Source: Dicyema japonicum
Taxonomy: Eukaryota; Animalia; Dicyemida
DNA length: 64,000 bases
Direction: 5' to 3'
Assembly (NCBI GenBank): GCA_011109175.1
Contig: RDEW01000015.1
Span: 672,938-736,937 of the forward strand
A program made the position numbers and the translations under genes. The notes below the pieces were generated by a model. The model had not been told where the DNA came from and made no database searches. It saw only the letters and a list, made by a program, of their open reading frames with translations. The stretch's first letter is position 1. The number at the start of each line of letters is the position of its first letter. Of this stretch, positions 25,440 through 38,759 are shown piece after piece.

Positions 25440-27490
25440 TAAAAATAATTAATAGGTTAATTCCAATTAAGATGCTCTCTATCCAATTCGTTTCCTTTTT
25501 CGAGTAACTATGGGAGTAAACCCAATTGTCACGGTCCTTTTCCTTTTCCTCAATATATCTTGACATCACTTCGCTCACACTCTTCTCTTGAATTACTTTA
25601 TAATCAGACGGAGAGTAAATATGTCACATGGGCGGCGCGTAACGCATGGGCAGCCTGTTACTTTTTTTCGACCTTGAAAAGGTCTTTTGATTATCCGACA
25701 TTATTATTATTACCCTCAGGATCACTGGGTAAAAGAAAGAAATAAAAGTTCTCATCTAACTAAGTGATCCCAGACCGACAAAGGTGAGGATGAGTCCTCA
25801 TTAGATTATCCGACATTTAATTTTATATATCCGATTTATATCGTGATTTAATCCTGTTAAATTAGTTTTTTATTCATAAATGTTATGATTATAAAGATTT
25901 TATTTTTTATAGCGGTAAACCTAGATTTCTAGCGTGATTTATAGCATGGAAGATTATTTTGTTGCAATGGCTTCTTACAAGGGTTTTGTGAAAGATTGCG
26001 TTGAATATCAAACTTTGAAAGATGCTTTGCATGATAAATTTCCCGAAAATCTTCCGAGGCACCGAAAATATAGGCTTGTAAAGAAGATAGAGAATTTTTC
26101 TATTATCAATGACAGGTATTGTAGATTGCAATAATTTTAGACTGTATCTTAAATCAACTGATCCCAAGTTAGTCATATCCCTGGATAATGAAACCGAAAT
26201 GGAGCATGTTGAGAAATCGTTGCACGAGTTTTCACACGGAGGAGTCAATAAAATTGAGTATGAATGTCGACAAAAATACTTCACTGTAAAGAATGAGATT
26301 ATCAGAAAAGTCATTCGAAATTGTGAAGTCTGCAAATTTTCGCGTCCTTTAAAAGTTCGTGATTTTTTTAATTGGAGATATAAATCACCATATGTTTGCT
26401 TCTTCTCCAAATGAACGTTTTCAGGTAGATCTAATAGACCTGAAAAAATTTTCAACATTAAATGAAAATTTCAAATGAATTTTAGCGGTCATTGACATAT
26501 ATAGTATGTTGTTTTTTTTAATTTATAGATTCGCTTTTGTACGACCACTCTAATAATTCTGGTAAAGAAGTATGTGAAAACTTAAGATCTTCGTTCCGCC
26601 TGAATGGGCCATGTAAATTTCTTCAGTCGGACAATGGTTCTGAATTTAAAAATCAAGAAATAACAAAACTTTGCGAAGATTTTAACATTAAGCAAATTCA
26701 CGGAAGGCCTAACAATTCACGAGCACAAGGACTTAGATAATTTAAGTGATAAGTGTGCGATTCCAGAACAAATTGACGATTTGGTTAATTGTTCGACTCC
26801 AGAATCTATTGAAAATTCACGTAGTTTGATTTAAAAAAATTTATATCTAGATAATTCCCAGTCAGATAATTTGTGTCCGAATGCGAAGAGATTCAATTTC
26901 GAAATTAAATCGATTGAAGAAAATTCTAATTATTACAAAGCTATGAACAGGAAAATGAATGTTCATAATAGTAAATATACTTTTAACATGGGAGATAAAG
27001 TATGAATCAAAAACATTAATAGGTTCGGGCTAAAAAGGACTTTGGAACAAATCCCTCATTGCGACTGGATAAGTTTGAGTCTCAGTATTATCCAGTTGCA
27101 GAAATAATTAATATTTTATCGAATAATCGCGTGGAGGTAGTTTTAAATGGTTTAATTTGATAGATAAAAAATTCGAAAGGAGAAATATCGACTGTATTAA
27201 TGACTAGACTAAAAAAAGTTACTTAAATTTAATTTTTTGTGGTTAATAAATCATTTATATAATTAATTGAAGTTAATCTTGGTTCAAGGTTAATGTAACA
27301 GGCTGCCCATAGGTAACGCTTGGCCCATGTGACAAAATATTCTTTATTCCTTCATTAAGTTTATCAAAACGCCGCGAAACGTCGACTTGGTGCCTACATG
27401 ATACAATCATACTCTCCAAAGTCTACTTGATTACCAGCGATTGAACATACGTTCTTTCACTTATATTCAAAGATCTGTCATATTCCAGAA
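25440..27490 (-). mobile_element. 3' fragment of the R4/NeSL-like family, split by the Ginger2 insertion (25440-25621 and 27335-27490)
   Basis: Joining the two flanks restores sequence colinear with 11600-11890. Confidence 0.85.
25622..27334 (+). mobile_element. Ginger2/TDD-like integrase DNA transposon (KRBA2-like integrase), disabled
   Basis: Imperfect TIRs of about 40 bp (TGTCACATGGGC...ATGGGCAGCCTGTTAC) and a 5-bp TSD AAATA. Integrase has an H2C2-like region (SHGG...C..C), FQVDLID, LQSDNGSEFKN and HGRP...AQG. Micro-introns at 26116-26140 and 26508-26528. Confidence 0.9.
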
Positions 27491-27499
27491 TGTACAGTC

Positions 27500-30290
27500 A
27501 CTAGGTCATCCCAGGTGAGGATTTAACTACATAGCCGTCAGGTGATTCCAGCCGCCTCGAGTAGGCATCTCGTTCTTGCTGGGTTCCTACGCATTTCCAG
27601 ATTGGGCGACGGTTTCTAACTTTTTTGGAGGGTAGTAAGGCTCCAGTTTTCCTCACTAATTCCTCAAAAGGTGTAGGGTTTAGAGGTTTCCAAGAAAACC
27701 TTTGCAAAGCCTTAAGGCCATTTTTTGGAAGATTTTGATTTTTTCTATATTCCTGTTTGATAGGTTGGTTCCCCATGCAGCACACCCGTAAGTTAGAGAC
27801 GGTTGAATATACTGCACGTAGAGCGAGTCCAAATTTGAGTTGAAACACCCATTATATTTTCCAAGGAGTGTTTTAACAAAATTTAGCTTTCGTTGTGCCT
27901 AAGAGATGACGTTGTCGATGTGTTTGCTGAAGGTCAAGAGTGGGTCGTAAGTTACGCCCAGTATCTTGACCGAGTTGGTCGTGGGGATTGAGTTTCCATT
28001 TATGGTTACACATGGAGCGGAGTTTGTCAATCTTCTGTTTGTTGCGAAAATTTTTGTATAAGACTTTTCGGGACTTGTATGTAAAATGTTCTTAACGAGC
28101 CAACATTTCAGATCGTCCAATAAAGCTTGATCCGGTAAACAGCAATATTAACGCACTTGTCTTTGACTGCGACGATTATATCATCCGCATATGTCAAAAC
28201 CAGAGTATCGTCACTGGTATGAGAGGGCATATCATTCAAGAATAGGTTGAATAGGTGTGGTGAAAGTGGAGATCCTTGAAGGACCCCATTTGGAAGGAAC
28301 TTGGTCACTGATCTAGTTTTTCCAGCAGTTACTCTTCCTCTTCTTCCATTTAGGAAATTAGCGATCCAGATTTTCAGGTTGTTTGGAATTTTTGACGTAA
28401 AGATCTTCCTTGTCAAAAGCTTTCTTGGGACAGTGTCAAAAGCCTTTTCTATATCGATGGAGCATAACAAAGACTTCTGATGAGTTTGCGCTTTAGTCCA
28501 TCCTTGATGAAATTTGTAAGGCATGTAAGATGCGTTTCTGTGGAGTGTCCTTTTCTGAATCCGTGTTGAAAAGGTGCATCAGGAAGGTATGGTTTGATTT
28601 AGTTCAAGAATCAGCTTTTCCAAAAGTTTTGATGTAACACATAGGAGAGATATTGGTCTGTATGAGGGTGGTGATCCCTTTGGTCGCCCGGGTTTGAGAA
28701 TTGGTCGTATGTTTGATAGCTTCCATATGGAAGGAATACAATTTTCGTTGATTGAAAGTTGAAAATTTTTGTGAGGGCCATGATAGCATAGGGGCCTATG
28801 TTTTTCAGAACTATTGCAGGAATTCCGTCCGGACCACAGGGTCGAGTTTTGACCCTTGACCATATTCTGTACGTTCTCCACAGAGAGGACAATCGGAGAG
28901 GTGGCTCTTTTAGGTTTAAGGGCTAGGATAGATAGAACTTTGAATTTCTTGTGTGGGATGAAACTCGTGGAGGAGTAGTACTTCATAAGTTTGTTTAGGA
29001 AGATCATGTTTTCCATTTCATCACGTGTGGCCGGGTTGTCAGCGTTACTAAAGCTTCTAAGTGTTTTCCACATTTTTGTAAGGAGTTCTGCTTGTTTAAA
29101 TTGGAATGAGGTTTTTCCAAACTTTCTCTTGTTTCTTCTTTGCATTGTTCCTGATCTCTCTTTCTAATGTACGAATTCTCAATCTTGTTTCCAGGATTGT
29201 TTTTGGAGGCTTTTTAGGTAATTTCTTTCCTTCATGAGTGGATCGGCTCTGGGGTATAAATTCTTTCTTGAGGTCAGTGGCCTTCTTTTAGTACAAATTT
29301 TCATTCCCTCGCGTACCACTCTATTAAAATAGTGTAGTGCTTTATCGATGGAGTTGAAATTGGATAAATGAAAGTCAAGTAGATAATAGTCGACAAAATT
29401 TGAGAACTTTTTCCAGTCGACATTTTTGTAGTCGGTAAATAAAACAGGTTTTTTTTACAATTGACACTCTTCCTTCAAACGTAATCATAACGGGACTAAG
29501 GTCACTGCTGGTCTCCTATAGCACTGTCCATTTTGTTAATGTTGCGATGTTTGAGGCAAGAGTGAGATCGGGGACGATGTCCTGTCATTCGCTCTATAGG
29601 GAGTCCGTGTATTGAATGTAAGGTTGTTTAATCTTATCAGGTCATCCTGATTCGATAACAATTGGTTTCCTCTGACATCGCATGGTTGGTTCTTGAACCA
29701 TGTCGGATGCTTTGCATTTAGGTCTCCACAAAGTAACATATTTTTTGATTTGTCGATGTCTGACAGGGAGAACCTGAATTCCTTGAGGCAAGAGTTGGGC
29801 GGTGGAACATACACATTCAATATGTTTCCGATGCTTGTATATTTGACGGGAGACTTGAGGTTGACAAAAGTTTCGTTTGCGTACAAAATTTCTTTTTTGA
29901 TAAGCAGTCCACCACCGCGCCCAGCTGGGCGGTTGCGCCTGATGACGTGATAGCTTGGAAAGACGGGAGTGGGAGAAGACGGAGTCAGTCTTGTTTCTTG
30001 GAGTGAGCAAATGTCAGTATTATACCTATTTAAGAGGTTTCTGAGTTCGAGGATCTTCCCTTTCACTCCATTTATGTTTAGTTGAATCAAAATAATGGGT
30101 TTTCGAGGTCCAGGATTGGGGTTCACATCGCCGGAAAGCATTAGGTGGGCTTCCATCAAAGCAGGAGAAAGAGGCCAGTGGGGAGACCGTCCAAGAAGGA
30201 CATTCCTCTTGGATTGGACGTAGAGGATGGTTCTTTTGTCTGTGAAGTATATTCCACAGTTTTCGTCACCAGAGATGGCGAACCACATGA
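27500..30290 (-). mobile_element. Jockey/I-like APE-RT LINE, near full-length ORF2 with 2A-like leader, frameshifted
   Basis: APE motifs QLNING, SLQETRL, NVYVPP, CGDLNAKH. RT motifs YRPISLL, QHGFRKG, DIEKAFDTV, QGSPLSP, YADD, ILGVTYD. GDVNPNPGP lies just before the APE domain. Confidence 0.92.
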
Positions 30291-30559
30291 CGTTAATTAT
30301 CTTGTACCCGCTTTGTTATTTAAATAGTTCACGCTTTGTTATTTAAATTATTTAAAATAAATTTATTTGTAAATATATCATAATTAAAAAATTCGTTGAG
30401 GGCCATAGAGCATAGGGAAGTGGGATTTATCTAGAAAGCAAACCGACTTAAATGGCTTAAGATATTAGGAGTAAATACTAGAGGACGGGGGATAGGTAAT
30501 TTTTACAATCGATTTCTGTAAAGACTTCTAAATCCCTTGCTCCACCACTATCGTGTTCG

Positions 30560-30960
30560 TTGCGACAATAACCGACTTGCAGGGACAAAGAAAAGTGAAC
30601 TCATTAGTGGGGAGTCTCAATCTGTTGGCCAGCCAGCTATATTTCTATCCGGAAGAATTTTGGATTTTGTGAACCGTTGCTTATGATTCGCAAACTAATT
30701 TTTCTCCAAATCTAACTTCGTTGGAGAAGAAAGGCGGTGGATTTCGTCCATTCCAGTTGGCGACGTTTTTCCGCCTCCTTTCTGGAAAGATTGCTTCTCG
30801 ATCTGTCATTGCAAACATTTCGCGCGATTCGTCCATTACAGCTGGGTGTTGGAGTCAGAGGCGGATGCGAAGTGAAGGTCCATGTGGTAGGGAGATATCC
30901 AGGCTATCATCCGTTAGATCTTTCAAACGCTCTCCACTCGACCATCCCCCAAATGACTAA
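30560..30960 (+). mobile_element. CRE-like RT fragment
   Basis: EKKGGGFRPFQLATFFRLLSGK and LQLGVGVRGGCE. Confidence 0.7.
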
Positions 30961-31399
30961 CTTGGAAACCTTTTCCATGGATGATAACCTCCTTTCTTCC
31001 ATCCCCGAGTCATTCATCTCAGCTTTACAACCAAAAGCCAGGCATAATTTTCATTCTCGTCAGCACAATGACTCAAATCAATTAATCAAAAATAAATCTA
31101 ATATTAGACTGAAATGATATCCTTAGGTGTTTTCGCTGGTCTAAGCGCTGTCTTGCTTGACATTGAGACAGGATTTAATTACTGACATGACTTCATTTCT
31201 GAAATCCATAAACAAGATCGTTCAGAAGAAAAAGCAGTCTATCTCGACCAATATGTCCAATTTTTCAACAAAAAGTTTCTTTTGCTTATTTCTTCTACAG
31301 CAAATGTATGCAATAGCATCCGGATGTTTTAAAGTATAAAATATCTGACTTCGAATCAGACAATCGAAATTATGATGCCGTTTTTCTAAAATTTGACAA

Positions 31400-33625
31400 A
31401 TGGGTTATAATGCCACGGAAAATAGTTTTGATTATTCCTAGCTTTCTCGAGCAGTCACCAGAGATGTTGGCGACGTGAGATGAAAAGGACATGTGTGTCA
31501 AAGGTGATCCCCAAGAATTTCAGTTTTTCATGAAAGGTATTTTTGTCTAGTTGATAAAAATATCCACTGTCCAAGTCGTTTGTCTGAGGTAAATAAGGAC
31601 GAAGAGATTTTTCATAGATATATCAAGTCGATAATAATTTAGCCAAATTTGAATTTTGTGAAGGTATTCTTGTAGTTTTTCTGACGCCTTTAGGAATCTG
31701 GAATAGATTAATAGGTCATCAGCAAATGATAGGAGGAAGTCGTCTTTATTATTGGTTTGTGGTAAATCGGACATTTATAAGTTAAATAAGGCGGGTGATA
31801 AAGGGGAACCTGTGGGACACCATTGGGAGTAATCTTTGGAACTGATTTGGTCCCATCCATATATACCCGGCCTTTCTTCCATTGATAAAGTTAGCAAGCG
31901 AAAGTTTTATATTTGATGGGGATGGCAAACAATTTCCGGGTTAAAATTTTCCTTGAGACAAAGCCTTTTGTAAATCGATCGAACAAATGAGTGTTTTGAC
32001 GTAACGAGGAGTTGTGTTAAAGCCTTCAATGATAAATTGTTTGATGGAAGTTAGGCGGGTAGAAGTTGAATAACCCCTTCTGAATCCATGTTGTGAGAAT
32101 AAAAAAGGAAGGTAAGGGTTATAAGATTAAGAATCAGTTTTTCCAATAATTTTGAGTGAAAGAGATTGGTCAAAATGATGCAGGATTGTACTTAGGCTTA
32201 AAGATTGGGCGTATATAGGACAGTTTCCAAATTGTTGGAATTGTATTCATATTTATTAAATAGTTGAAAATCACTGTGATTGCATCATCCCAATGGGTCC
32301 AAGGTGTTTTGGTAAAATACCAGGGATAGAATCAGGCCCACATGAGATGGAAGAATTCTTCCTCTTTAAACTTTCACTGACATCTGAATGTGAGATGATT
32401 TCACTTTGGGCCAAATTGTTTAATTTTTCTCCATATCGCCTGAGCTGATTTCTTAAATGGAAAGGAAGATACTAGTTTGTCCCATTTGTTGACTTCAGTA
32501 TTTCTAATCCTTTTTGATATTTCGTCATTGAGAGTTTTTGTTTGATTTTTATGTCCTGGAAAGAGAAGGTACGACATGATTTTGTTCAAAAAGTCAATAG
32601 CATATATATTGAGGAGAATATTTTCATGTCAAAGTTTAGTAGAGATTGATCGATGTATTTTGAATAGTCATTCCATTTTGCTTTTTAATAGTTGAAAAAT
32701 AGAACAGTCTCTTTTTTGTGGTAAAAAACTTTTTTGATTCAAATAATGATTGGATTGTGATCGGAAGATAATCCATAGTGCATCTCCAAGATGTGTCCGG
32801 TGCAAGGTTTGGGGAACAGAAGGTAATGTCTGGGGACGCTGATGCTTCCTTTTCCTTGTAAAGAGTCCTAGTGTGCTTCCCGGGGTTGTTGAGGATAGTC
32901 AGAGAGGTGAGTTGGTTTAAGAAGGATAATCTATTGAATCTGCTGGATGTGATTTTAACTAGGCTGGATGTTTAGCATTAAAATCTCCACAAAAAGTCAG
33001 GTTTCCGAGCTTGTTAACTTGATTAGGTCCTTTGGGCAAGAAGATTGAAGGGGGACGTAGATTTTTTGCAACGTTGAGAGTCCCGAATCCACTTGTAATT
33101 GATATCCCAGATATTTCCGTTGTCCCATCGTTTATTTGTGATTGTAGTTTCGCTGAGATGACAGCAAATCGAACGTTATCTCTTATAATGATGAGACCCC
33201 CACCACGACCGTTTGAGCGGTCCAGGCGGATGCAGTGGTATCCTGGAAAATGCGGGGTAAGTTATGATGGAGTAAGTCTGCTTTCTTGAAGTAAAATCAG
33301 GTCAATGTTCTGTTCTTTAATGAAAAACCGTAGTTCGATAATTTTGCTTTTGATTCCGTTAATGTTGCAGAATTGAGAGTGGATGGCCTGGATTAAGTTA
33401 AATGTTATCAGAAACCATTCAGCCGAGGGGATTAAGAGAGGGAAGAGGTCGTCGTCCGAAGAGTCCTTCTTCGGACGGGAGGTAGTTAATGGTCTTTTTC
33501 CGCGGTGCATTAAGTGCACTCTGAGCGCCTCCAGATCTTTCATAACTGTAGACCACATGACGCCACGTTTTAATTCGTCTATTTATAAAAATGGCCTGGA
33601 AAGATTCATCCCCTAAAACAATCAA
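31400..33625 (-). mobile_element. Jockey/I-like APE-RT LINE, degenerate
   Basis: NINGIKSKIIEL, LLQESRL, GGGL, YRPISL, QGSPLSP, FADD; decayed D.I*LNPG leader. Confidence 0.85.
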
Positions 33626-34107
33626 AAATTGTTTTCAAATTCTAAAGAATTTTAATAATCGATGAATAAGTATTTTAAAATTATTGATTAAATTCTAAAA
33701 TTTGCAAATTCCCAAATTTGGTGCAAAAAATGCTGGAACTAAAAAAGGCAAATTTAGCAGAGTTTACTGTAGTTGTAATGGAATATCCCTAAGGAAGAAA
33801 AGTCTTTGCTTTTTACCAACCTCTGGGGGTCTTTTATCAAAAGGGGACACAAGGCTGTAATCAGTGGTTTTGCTACAAAGTGGTTGGTTGGGAGGAAGAT
33901 TGAGGCTAGGCGTACCTATTACGCAAACTATCTACTTCATGGTGGATGAAAGCCTTGTATTTTCGTGAAACGGATGAAGTGAAGGACTCAAACATCAGAA
34001 ACCAAGGAAGTTAATATAAGTAGTTATAGTTAATATAAGTAGCCAATATCATGCTTATCAGTTAAATTAGAGTATCTTTATTCCCAAAAGAACAATTATC
34101 CAACTTA

Positions 34108-35570
34108 TTAGTACCCCAAACCTATCTGGCAGATCGCTTTTCGTTTTAAAAAAGGATAATTGGTGTAAAATATTATTCCATTTCTTAGCAGAAGTGTTCC
34201 TCTGAATTGTAGGAAGTTACCAATGTAGTATTCGTCTCTCATATCGTATTTCCCTTTATATCTCTGACATATGGATATGAGAATTTCTAGTTCAGGCATA
34301 GTTTCTATATTCGCTAGTATCCACTCATTTTTTTCACACTCTTGTCTTTGATCTTCGATACTTCTCGGTACCTCCAAAATGAAGAAACACTTTGATCGAA
34401 TACAATAAGAATTATCTACTTTATAGTGACTCTTACCTTTTGGATTCGGAGTCGTTCTAAAATAACCTCAAAAATACCTTGGGGGTAGATCCAAATTCTG
34501 GATGTAGTGAGGAGGGTGAGGATCAGATCTACTCTGGGATTCTATAATTCAATATTATGAATACTCTGACAGATGGGGTAACATACACAAAGCAATCATT
34601 TAATGTTATAACCCCATTTCTAGTATATGCACATCCACCGGTGCGACTGAGAAGGTGGTAACATTTACCAGAGTTGATTAAATCTGAAATGAAGTACTAT
34701 ACTTACTGCTTAATAAACTCAAAACAATGTTATCGATGTCCGCCAATTTCCACCCGTAGATTCTTGAACAGATTGTTTTCACTTCTCCGTGAAAAGCCGA
34801 GTAGTTGAAAATGGCATAGCATATCCCCTTACTGCATCTCTGGGACCTGATTTTACTCAGAAGGCAAACTATCATTTTTCACGTACAAACAGTGCCAGTT
34901 ATCTGTGTCCAATTGAGGGATATTTCTTATCGTATCTATTGAATAAATGTTATTTTGAATTCCAGGACTTTATATAAGAACCCACATGACCCGTTAAAAT
35001 TTAAGACAGCAGACATTATGCAGTTCTGGCAACCGGTAACGTGTCTAAGGCCGAGCAGGTGGAGCAGTTCGTGGACTAGAGTAATTGCATTCTGTTGCAA
35101 CTTGGGGTTGTCTAAAATAAGGTTGATTTGTCACTTCATATGACGTATATATGACAACTGTCCTGCAGTGTGCAAACTGCTTTAACAGACGCATATCCGA
35201 GAATAACATTTCCTGAATTACTCAAAACATGCTGAGATCTACGGATTAGAAAACTATAGTCTACGTGAAAAACACGTATGCGTCATAATTCTTGTGTTTC
35301 GCATTTTGGTCGACATAAGCTTGTCGACTGCCAAAAGACTTGAAGTCTACTTTTCTGCTATCGACTAGAACAATTTCGTTAACAACGACGATTTATATCA
35401 AACGTATCAAAATACTTTTAGTTGACTATAAGACTACTTGTTGGGTTTCATGCACTAAGGCAAATGTTTGCTTGACCAATTCCTAGTTATCATGGAAGAC
35501 TCTCATCTTTATGCTAAGACATGATTATACCAGAAAAGAGTCAATATAGACTCCCAATTCTAAGGTTTTC
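34108..35570 (-). pseudogene. ADAM/reprolysin (M12B) zinc metalloprotease with micro-introns and disablements
   Basis: TLELGVYIDS...YDAYVFFT|SQHVLSNSGNVILGYASVKAVCT...AITLVHELLHLLGLRHVTGCQNCIMS contains HExxHxxGxxH (35041-35073) and a Met-turn. GT-AG introns of 21-26 nt; in-frame TAA/TGA and frameshifts upstream of the active site. Confidence 0.85.
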
Positions 35571-35769
35571 TTTTGACAGCTTATAAGGGTCAACAAGCAA
35601 ATGAGGAGAGAATTCATTAATTTTCTCAGAATATTTTATTGAAATCTATTGTCAGTTTCTGGTTTTTTAATTAAATATAAAATTAACTAAAAAACTTACA
35701 ATTTGCTAGAATTTCATAAAATTTCTAATAAACAGAAAAAATCTATGAATTATTGTAGAGCGAATTTTG

Positions 35770-36420
35770 TCTATAAAGTCAAAAATTTATATGTTCTTTA
35801 AAATTGTCTAAAACTATAAAAATGTGATTTTTAATCAAAAATAATATATAAATCAAAAGTTATAAAGTTAAAAGTCAAAATTTTGGGTAATATCAAAAAA
35901 GGTCAAAATTTAATTTTTTAGGTCAGTAAAGTCAAAATTTTTATTGATTTTTGATTTATTAACTTTTAGAGTTTTTTAATAAAATACTTATCATCAACTG
36001 TTATGCCGCATTCAAATCAGGAAGGTCGTTGAAAAGATTAAGACTGTTATTAGAAATATTCTGGTGAATTTTCTATCAACTCACGAATTTTCACAACAAC
36101 AGCTTTTTATTGAGTCTTTTGTCTAAAAAACATTTCAAACTAACAAGTTTATCATTTTTATTACTATTTCACAGATGCTACTGTAAAATTATCTGATTTT
36201 CTCATTCCATTCACTTTCTCTACGATCAATGAGGTCACTAATGCTTAGTCGGATTTGATTTTCCTTTCATTTCACAAAACTTGTTTGAGGGTATTAAGAT
36301 TTCGATTTACTTACTTCGATGTAAAAGTTTAGAAAATTAATGCAAAGGTAACTTACCGAAGCTTTTTTGAGTTTTTAAATGCATTTATTATAGATTTAGA
36401 AATGTTGGTTTAATCTAACA
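35770..36420 (+). pseudogene. Copy B of the unidentified family at 9480-10552
   Basis: Colinear similarity including the upstream AAAGTCAAAA repeats and the intron ending CTATTTCACAG; contains stops. Confidence 0.5.
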
Positions 36421-36479
36421 TATTTTTGCCATTTGCTGACGGCAATAGGAGAGAGTTGTAACAGTTTTTTCGTATTGAC

Positions 36480-38450
36480 TGACATCCGATTTTCTTAAAC
36501 CACTCGACTAGTCGATCCATGTGGTGTTGTATTCTTTCCGTCGCTGTTTGGGTGTTCTGATCCCATGAGGCTAAGACGATATCGTCTGCATAAGCCAGAA
36601 GCAGGTCGTCTTCTCCATTCGGCGTCGGAATGTCAGCCGTAAACAGGTTTAATAGTAATGGTGATAGCGACGATTCCTAAGGTACTCCATTGGGAATAAA
36701 CGGGAGACAAAATGAATGTTTCCAATGCACACTCTACCTCTTCGTACGCTAAGGAAGTTCATTAGCCAGCGTTTGAGGTTTTCAGGGATATCTGATTGGT
36801 AAATTTTCCATGTTAAGTTCTTCCTCGGCATAGAGTCGTAAGCTTTGTGGACGTTTTTGAGCATGTTATGACATAGTTTTCTGGTGTCTTGGCTTTCACA
36901 GAAATCCAGAGCGAATCAAGTTAGTCAGAGATGTGAGAAAGCTCGTTGTGGACCAATCCTTTTTGAAACCATGCTGGAATGGTTTATCAGGAGTTTTTTC
37001 ACTGATTTTTGCGAGGATCAGCTTTTCCAGAATTTTTGACATGGAGCATAAGAGAAAATAGGCCTGAAGGAAGCTGAGTCTTTTTTCGGTTTTCCTGGCT
37101 TCAATACTGGGCGAATGTTTGCAAATTTCCATATCGTTGGGATTGAGTTATAATTAATCGATCAGTTGTAGATTTTGGTCAGGGTACTGATTCCCTCATT
37201 TCCTAGGTTTTTCAGGAGGATTATGGGAATTCCGTCTTGACCATGTGAATTGTCACTTTTGTTTGGCTTAGGAATGCCATTACCTCCCTTTCCGTGAAAT
37301 AATTTAATTCATCCCTTTTCGGTTTCTTAGCGGCGGTTTGGGTGGGTTAGTCCATTTGTGGTTTTGTGAAAGATTTTCGCATAGTATTTATTATGGCGTT
37401 TAGGTCCTTTTGGCTGAATTCGTCAATTACGGGTGTCTTCTCATCCACCTTCGAGATATTTCGAATTGTCTTCCAGATTTCTGATGTTGACCGGCTACGA
37501 TTTAATGACGTAAAGACCATCTTCCATTTAGCTCTTTGTATTTTGAATTCATTGGCTTTTATTTTCTCGTTCAGCACTTTTAGACGGATCCTTGCTTCGG
37601 AGGAACAGATCCCTGCTTTTTTTGTGACGGTTTCGTTCCTTGACCAGAGCCTTTTTTTTACTCTCTCGTGTAAGCGACAAATCTTTTAGGGACAGCCATT
37701 GTTCTTGCTTCCAGGATGACTTTGTTGACGTAGGCGACCACTATATCGAGGGAGTTAAAGTTTTCCAGCTGTATGTTAGCCAAATGTTGGTCTGTATCGG
37801 AATAATTGCCAATTTGCAAGATTGTATATGCAGGTTTCTTTTTTCCACTGGTAATTTCGCTTTTGATTTTTAACAGAATAGAGTTATGATCACTTTGGGT
37901 GTCGTAGATGACGGACCAATTAATTGTTGTTGAAAGCTGTGGTGAACAGAGTTTGATATCTGGGGAGGTTGGATTGTCAGAGTTTCTTTGAGGTGTTCTC
38001 GTGCTTTTTGATGGGTCATTGATGATTGCCAGACTGCGTCAACAGCAAATTTCCTCTTGTATCTGCAGACTGATTAGTTCCAAATCTCCAGTGCTAATAA
38101 GTCCGGCATAGTGTAATGTTTAGGACATGAGCCCGGAGGAGGAATATACATGTTTACAAAGTCTTTATTTTGTTGTGCCAACAGATTTTCCGATTGTCTC
38201 CGTGGTTTTATCATTCCCCAAAAGTTTCTTCGCTTCGAGTGTATGGTCCTCATACTTTATGCCTTTTCTGATTAATGTAGGTTGTCCTCCTCCATGTTTC
38301 TTAGTGCGATCGTATTATGTTGTATCCGGGAAAGAGGGCGCAGTATCTTTTGCAGATAGCTTCGATTCTTGGATGAGCACAGCTTTAAGTTTATCAATCA
38401 GAGTTATAAGTTCAATAATTTTGTTTTTATTCCGTTCACATCAGTTGTAT
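36480..38450 (-). mobile_element. Jockey/I-like APE-RT LINE, degenerate
   Basis: NMYIPP, SHGQDGIP, SKILEKL, FQHGFKK, KAYDSM, LAYADD. Confidence 0.85.
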
Positions 38451-38759
38451 AACACAGTTGTACATTTGTTTTATAACGGAGATCCGATTCTTTGACTTGT
38501 GTGGGTTGCGAATCCGAGAAGCTGTAGCCAGACCAGTAATCCGTCGACCGTGGGCGACATGTACCCCCGGTGGAAGAGAGCTAATGGCTCTTTTTGGAAA
38601 TGCTTAAGGAGTATTTTGAGGGCCTCCAGAGTTGTTGCATCCGGTGAGCCACATAACGCCACGCTAAATCTTATAGATGAAGTTATTCTTAAGATGATAA
38701 AACAAGTCAATTTATATTTCAATTCTGTTGGTCTCGAAAAGAACTTGATCGGCTACTAA

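Noticed and set aside
25907-26458. 183-aa minus-strand ORF
   Set aside because: Antisense shadow of the Ginger2 integrase exons.
30395-30470. GGCCATAGAGCATAGGGAAG as a possible 5S rRNA or tRNA start
   Set aside because: No A/C boxes, T-loop or cloverleaf; more likely the LINE 5' region.
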